Source of the DNA: Tepidisphaera sp. | GTDB taxonomy: Bacteria; Planctomycetota; Phycisphaerae; Phycisphaerales; UBA1924 | DNA length: 64,000 nucleotides | NCBI GenBank assembly: GCA_050916045.1 | Contig: CP051526.1 | Coordinates: forward strand, 3,744,001-3,808,000 | Direction of reading: 5' to 3' | Part shown: piece after piece, positions 59,197-64,000 of the stretch | How the letters are laid out: each line of letters starts with the position of its first letter | Position numbering within the stretch: the first letter of the stretch is position 1 | Translations under genes and position numbers: made by a program | The notes under the pieces: generated by a model | Database searches by the model: none | Seen by the model: the letters and a program-made list of their open reading frames with translations, nothing else | What the model was told of the DNA's origin: nothing

Positions 59197-61217
59197 CTTC
59201 GTTGGCGGAGCACCGCCCGCACCGGGCTCGCGTCCGCGTCCTTGAGCTTGAGCGGCTGGGCGAGCAGTTCGTACTCGCCGGGCTCGACGTTCGCGAGGGC
59301 CAAGCCTTCCAGGATGGCGATCTTGTGCTTGAGGATCGCGCGGTGGGCCGGGAGGTCCTTGGAATCCTGCAAATCGACGCTCGGCGTGTCGACCCCGATC
59401 GTGATGACGCCCTTGGATGCGAGGGCTTCGACGAGTTCGACGGAGATAGCCGCGAAGTCAGCGTTCCACTTCGTGAAATCAGGGAAGGTGCCGGTCTTGA
59501 GCAGGACGCGCGACGTGCGGACCGACTCCAAGCCCTTGACGTCGGCGGGGGTTATCCGCTTGCCACGCACGGAGCCGGAAACCTGGAGCACGGTGCACGG
59601 GCCGATGTAGTGTTCGAGCGGCATGGCTTCGATGCCGACGCCGCCCTCGGACGCTTTGCCGTAGTGGTTGGAGCCGTCGGCGTGGCTTCCGAGGTGAACC
59701 GTCGTGCGGATGGCGCTGAGGGTGATGTTCGCGCCCTTCTCGGTGTCGAGCAGGATCTCGCGGGTGTACGGCGTATCGCCGGGCCAGACGTTGGTGGCGG
59801 GCGAGATTTCCGGGGAGATGTCGATGAGCTGGCCGCCGGCAGCCGGACCGGTCGCGCTGGCCGCATCGAGCACGGCTTTCTTCCATTCCGGCGTGCTCGG
59901 GTCGCGCGAGCCCATCGGGACGCGGGCGACGACGTGGTCGATGAGCTTCTGAAGCTCATCGCCGCGGCGTTTGGCTTCGGTGTACGGCACGGTTGAGAAG
60001 GAGACGAGGTTGTACTGCGGCTGGCAACGGTCGGGGAACGCGGCGTGGAGCGTTTGCTCGATCTTCTTGCGGTAGAGGAACTCGGGGCGGCCGACCTTGT
60101 CGCGCATCTCGACGAAGTTGTCGAGAGCCATGTCCGCGATCGCGTCCGCGTTGGGCTTGCGGGCGTGCTGGTACGCGTTGAGAGCATCGCCGATGCTCGC
60201 GTGCTTGCCGAGCTGGCTGACGAGCTCGACGCAGTCCTCGAACCCGCAGTTGATCCCCTGTCCGTAGAAGGGCACGATCGCGTGGGCCGCATCGCCGACG
60301 AGCACGACGTTTCCCCGCACCCACGGCCAACAGCGGACCGTCACGAGCGAACCGATCGGGTTGGCTTGGAAGTCGTGGACGAGCGTCGGCATCATCGCCG
60401 TCGCGTCGGGGTACTGGGCTTGGAAGAACCGCGTGATGTCGCCCGCGGTCTTGAGGTTCGCGAAGGAGTGCTCACCCTCGTACGGCCAGAAAAGCGTGCA
60501 GGTGAAGGACCCGTCTCGGTTTGGCAGAGCGATCATCATCGACCCGCCGCGCGGCCAGATGTGGAGCGCGGCGGGATCCATCATGAACGGGCCCGCCATC
60601 CCGCCGGTATGCCCATCCTCGCGCGGGGGGATGTGAAGCTCCTTGTACCCGTGGCCGAGGTACGTCTGCGAGTACTCGAAGCGGTCTGTCTTCTGCATCG
60701 CTCCACGCACGGCGGAGAACGCTCCGTCCGCACCGACGATGAGGTCGGCGGAAGCGGTGACCCGCGTGCCGTCGGGCTTCTGGAACGTCGCGGCCGTGCT
60801 CGCGAAGTCGATGTCGAGGCACATGTGGTCAAAGTGCATCGTGACGCCGGGGTGTTCACCCGCGGCGATCATGAGCGTGAGATTGAGCCCGCCGCGCGAG
60901 ACGGAGTTGATCGCGTCCTTGGGGTCGTGGCTATACGGCTGAAAGACGATCGAGCCGGAAACCGGGTGGATCATCCGGCCGGGCATTGGGATGAGGTCGC
61001 GCTCGCGGACCCGCTTGCCCAAGCCCGCCGCATCAAGCCCCGCGAGGCCGCGAGCGGAGAGCGCGAGGTTGATCGACCGGCCACCCTGGTATCCCTTGGC
61101 TCGCGGATCGCCGCGCCGCTCAAAGAGCGACACCCGCCAGCCCGCGTTGGCGAGCATCACGGCGATGAACGCTCCGGCGAGGCCGTTGCCGATGACGATG
61201 GCGTGTGGGGTGTTCAT
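59193..61217 (-). CDS. kmo: Kynurenine 3-monooxygenase fused to a KynB-type cyclase/kynurenine formamidase
   Basis: IGNGLAG, GRSINLALS.RG, GYKEL, LHIWPRG, GDAAHAIVPFYGQG.NCGFED, NFVEMRD; then IDISP...WPGD, HLGSHAD..H, GVDTPSVD, ILEGL, DASPVRAVL. Confidence 0.92.
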   Translation of the reverse strand: MNTPHAIVIGNGLAGAFIAVMLANAGWRVSLFERRGDPRAKGYQGGRSINLALSARGLAGLDAAGLGKRVRERDLIPMPGRMIHPVSGSIVFQPYSHDPKDAINSVSRGGLNLTLMIAAGEHPGVTMHFDHMCLDIDFASTAATFQKPDGTRVTASADLIVGADGAFSAVRGAMQKTDRFEYSQTYLGHGYKELHIPPREDGHTGGMAGPFMMDPAALHIWPRGGSMMIALPNRDGSFTCTLFWPYEGEHSFANLKTAGDITRFFQAQYPDATAMMPTLVHDFQANPIGSLVTVRCWPWVRGNVVLVGDAAHAIVPFYGQGINCGFEDCVELVSQLGKHASIGDALNAYQHARKPNADAIADMALDNFVEMRDKVGRPEFLYRKKIEQTLHAAFPDRCQPQYNLVSFSTVPYTEAKRRGDELQKLIDHVVARVPMGSRDPSTPEWKKAVLDAASATGPAAGGQLIDISPEISPATNVWPGDTPYTREILLDTEKGANITLSAIRTTVHLGSHADGSNHYGKASEGGVGIEAMPLEHYIGPCTVLQVSGSVRGKRITPADVKGLESVRTSRVLLKTGTFPDFTKWNADFAAISVELVEALASKGVITIGVDTPSVDLQDSKDLPAHRAILKHKIAILEGLALANVEPGEYELLAQPLKLKDADASPVRAVLRQRS

Positions 61218-61224
61218 AGCTGGA

Positions 61225-61776
61225 TTATCCCGCCCCGCGATCGCTCGGCGAATCGGGCCCCTGCCCGTGAGCTCCGCCGCATTCCGGACATGGGCGACTT
61301 CCGAGGCCACGAAGGTCGTACCCGCATTGAGTACACGCTCCTGTGATTCTGGGCTTGCGCCGCTCTTGAGCTGCCCAGATGAAGAGCCCTGTGCCAGAGA
61401 GAATGTGCCACGAAAGCAGCAGTAAAGTAAACGTCCACGGTGGAATCGGAGTCGTTCCGCCGAGAATGGCTGAGGGGGTGAAGGCGACCACGCTCGCGGC
61501 GACAATCCCGCCAACAGGAATCCACGAGCGACATGCAACGCCCGACAAGATCGCAGTAATGGCAACGATGCCCACGTTGAAAAGCCAGCCGTAGTCTGTC
61601 GGACTCGCCATCGGGGCGACGACAAGCCCAACACCGCAAGAGAGCGGCCAGACGGCGCAGCACCACAGTCCAACGATCGCGTGCGCGATCGCAAATCGCC
61701 GTTTCGACATGAGGGTCGCAGACCAGAACACCGCGAAGTAAATCAATGGACTGAGAATGAACAGAAGGAATTCCAC
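61225..61776 (-). CDS. Membrane protein with C-terminal zinc ribbon
   Basis: About five TMs then CTQCGYDLRGL..PCPECG. Confidence 0.7.
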   Translation of the reverse strand: MEFLLFILSPLIYFAVFWSATLMSKRRFAIAHAIVGLWCCAVWPLSCGVGLVVAPMASPTDYGWLFNVGIVAITAILSGVACRSWIPVGGIVAASVVAFTPSAILGGTTPIPPWTFTLLLLSWHILSGTGLFIWAAQERRKPRITGACTQCGYDLRGLGSRPCPECGGAHGQGPDSPSDRGAG

Positions 61777-61785
61777 CGGGCGTCC

Positions 61786-63090
61786 TCAGGCCTTCAAAAC
61801 CGTCCGCAGTTCCTGCACAAACCGCCGCACATCGTGGAACGAGTTGTAAAGCGGCGTCGGGGCGGCGCGGATGACGTTCGGCTCGCGGAAATCGCACACC
61901 ACGCCGCGCTCGATGAGCGCCTGCTGCACAACCTTCGATGAACCCGGCACCACCAGCGACCACTGGCAGCCGCGCTGGGCGGTGTCGGCGGGCGTGAGCG
62001 ATGAGACGGGCAGGTCGGCTGCTTTCAGCAGTTCTCCCATGTAGCCGATGAGCTTGAGTGCTTTGGCCCGCAGCGCCGGCATCGTCGCCCGGTCGAAGAG
62101 TTCGAGCGATGCTTTGAGCGGTGTGAGCGAGAAGATCGGCGGGTTCGAGAGGGACCACGCATCCGCAGTTCGCATCGGTTCGATCTTGGGCCCCATCCTG
62201 AACCGCGTCGACGGGTCGTTGCCCCACCACCCCTCGAAGCGCGGCAAGGTCGGGTCGCTCAGGTGCTTTTCGTGGACGAACGCACCCGCGACCGCGCCGG
62301 GCCCGGCGTTGAGGTATTTGTACGAGCACCACGCGGCGAAGTCGGCTCCCCAGTCGTGGAGCTTCATCGGCACGTTGCCCATCGCGTGAGCGAGGTCCCA
62401 CCCGACGACCGCGCCGGCATCGTGCCCGGCCCGCGTGATGGCTTGCATGTCGAACCACTGGCCGGTGAGGTAGTTCACCGCGCCGAGCATGACCAGAGCA
62501 GGCTTCTCGCGAGCGATGGTCGCGACGATGTCCTCGGTGCGGAGGGTGGATTCGCCGTCGCGCGGCTTGAGACGAACGACAGCCGACGCCGGGTCAAACC
62601 CGTGGAAAGACGCTTGGCTCGCCACGGCGTAGGAATCGCTCGGGAATGCGGTGTCCTCGATCACGATCTTGAACCGCTCCTTGGTCGGGCGATAGAACGA
62701 GACCATGAGCAGGTGCAGGTTGGTCGTGAGCGTGTTCATCGCGACGACCTCGCGCTCAAGCCCTCCCACCAGCCGCGAAAGCGGTCCGCGGAACTGCTCG
62801 TGGTACGGAAGCCAGGGGTCTCGGCCGTGCATGTGCCCCTCGACGCCGCGACGGGCCCAATCCTCAAGCTCACCCGCCAGAAGCTCGGGAACCCGCTTGG
62901 GCATCGCGCCCAGCGAGTTCCCGGTCAGATAGACCGCCGACGAAGAGCCGGTCGCGTTCGCTTCGGGCTTGCCGCCGACGCCCGCGACCGTCGGAAGGGC
63001 GAACTCCTCGCGGAACGAGCGGAGCGGGTCGCCCGCGTCGAGGGCTTGCGCGAAGGCTTCATCGGTCCGGAACGTCGTGGGCTCGGGCAT
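61786..63090 (-). CDS. kynU: Kynureninase
   Basis: YLTGNSLG, MNTLT.NLHL, FPSD.Y, GWDLAHA.GN, WCSYKYLNAGPG, GWWG, RGCQ, PLYN. Confidence 0.96.
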   Translation of the reverse strand: MPEPTTFRTDEAFAQALDAGDPLRSFREEFALPTVAGVGGKPEANATGSSSAVYLTGNSLGAMPKRVPELLAGELEDWARRGVEGHMHGRDPWLPYHEQFRGPLSRLVGGLEREVVAMNTLTTNLHLLMVSFYRPTKERFKIVIEDTAFPSDSYAVASQASFHGFDPASAVVRLKPRDGESTLRTEDIVATIAREKPALVMLGAVNYLTGQWFDMQAITRAGHDAGAVVGWDLAHAMGNVPMKLHDWGADFAAWCSYKYLNAGPGAVAGAFVHEKHLSDPTLPRFEGWWGNDPSTRFRMGPKIEPMRTADAWSLSNPPIFSLTPLKASLELFDRATMPALRAKALKLIGYMGELLKAADLPVSSLTPADTAQRGCQWSLVVPGSSKVVQQALIERGVVCDFREPNVIRAAPTPLYNSFHDVRRFVQELRTVLKA

Positions 63091-63099
63091 GCGGGCAGT

Positions 63100-63999
63100 T
63101 TACGGCTTGTGAAGCCCCAGGAACTCCAGCGCCGCGCCGGCCCGGAGCAGGTCCCGGTCGGCCGCCGAAAGACCCGTCAAAGCGTCGATGAGCATGCCCG
63201 GGTGGTCCTCGCCGAGCGGGAACGGGTAGTCGCTCCCCAGCGCGACCCGCGAAGCCCCCATGAGCTTGACGAGATGGGCCAAAGCGTCGCCATCGTGCAC
63301 CAACGAATCAACCCAGAACGCGGCGGGCCGGCCCGGCTTGGCGAGGTACTCGGTTGGATGCTTGGCTTGGGCGGGGAAGAGGTCGCGGCGGCACTCAAAC
63401 CCGTGAGCGATCCGGCCGAGCGTCCCGGGAAACGAGCCCCCGCCGTGCGCGAAGCAGATCCGGAGATTCGGAAGCTCATCCAGCACCCCGCCGAAAATCA
63501 CCGACATCATCGCGATCGTCGTCTCCGTCGGCATGCCCACAAGCCACGGCATCCAGTACTTCGCCATCCGCTCGCCGCCCAGCATGTCCCACGGGTGCAC
63601 AAAGACCGCCGCCCCGAGCTCGGCCGCTCGCTCGAGCACCGGCCGCAGAAGCGGGTCGTCGAGGTTGGCTCCGTTCACGTGCGTCCCGATTTGCACGCCC
63701 GCGAGCTTGAGATCCTTGATGCACCGATCAAGCTCGCGGCAAGCCAGGTCGGCATCCTGAAGCGGGAGCACACCGAGGCCGATGAACGGCGGGACCGCAC
63801 CCGCCGACACCGGCTGCTGCACTTCGGCGATGTGGTCGTTGAGCAACCGATGCAGGTCGTACACATCCTGAGCTTTCGCCCAGTGGCTGAACATGACGGG
63901 TACGGTGCTGAGCACCTGCGTCGTCACGCTCGTCGCGTCCATTTCACGCTGCCGCACCGCCGGGTCCCAGAGATTGGCTTGCACATCGCGAAAGAACTG
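63100..63999 (-). CDS. Amidohydrolase, 2-amino-3-carboxymuconate-6-semialdehyde decarboxylase-like (5'-partial)
   Basis: QVLSTVPVMF, FVHPWDM, WLVGMP.ET, AHGGGSFP..GRI.HG, DSLVH, GSDYPFPLGE; frame open to the window edge; upstream of kynU. Confidence 0.9.
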   Translation of the reverse strand, partial: QFFRDVQANLWDPAVRQREMDATSVTTQVLSTVPVMFSHWAKAQDVYDLHRLLNDHIAEVQQPVSAGAVPPFIGLGVLPLQDADLACRELDRCIKDLKLAGVQIGTHVNGANLDDPLLRPVLERAAELGAAVFVHPWDMLGGERMAKYWMPWLVGMPTETTIAMMSVIFGGVLDELPNLRICFAHGGGSFPGTLGRIAHGFECRRDLFPAQAKHPTEYLAKPGRPAAFWVDSLVHDGDALAHLVKLMGASRVALGSDYPFPLGEDHPGMLIDALTGLSAADRDLLRAGAALEFLGLHKP

Positions 64000-64000
64000 C

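Overview
GC-rich bacterial chromosome segment, most likely Planctomycetota (Phycisphaerae-like). This is inferred from a DUF1559/prepilin-type gene, PEP-CTERM proteins, C-terminal 'GC' dockerin-like EF-hand modules and CxxCGYDLxG zinc-ribbon membrane proteins. Most of the window is housekeeping or envelope genes: ECF sigma/anti-sigma, cyclophilin, pyrF, orphan nuoF, metK, nadD, thiG, trpF, deoC, RseP, redoxins, glycan-modifying enzymes, a deoxyhypusine synthase-like gene, and a kynurenine cluster with a KMO::KynB fusion. The highlight is a ~12.3 kb island integrated at tRNA-Glu(TTC), bounded by a perfect 24-bp att duplication (14053-14076 / 26331-26354). It carries three in-frame chimeric ORFs: T4SS coupling protein::tyrosine integrase, small ICE-type gene::RHS, and QatA::QatD. 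The integrase reading frame crosses the att core, so it would gain a different 68-aa C-terminus on excision. The RHS toxin has a dockerin-like EF-hand pair inserted in its core, a 24-Cys HEXXH tip resembling ATP23/peptidase M76, and an adjacent lipoprotein immunity candidate. A second uncharacterised module (three SPFH proteins, ABC ATPase, two divergent permeases, helical membrane-anchored protein) lies at 31.2-43.0 kb. All calls come from reading sequence motifs; no database searches were run.
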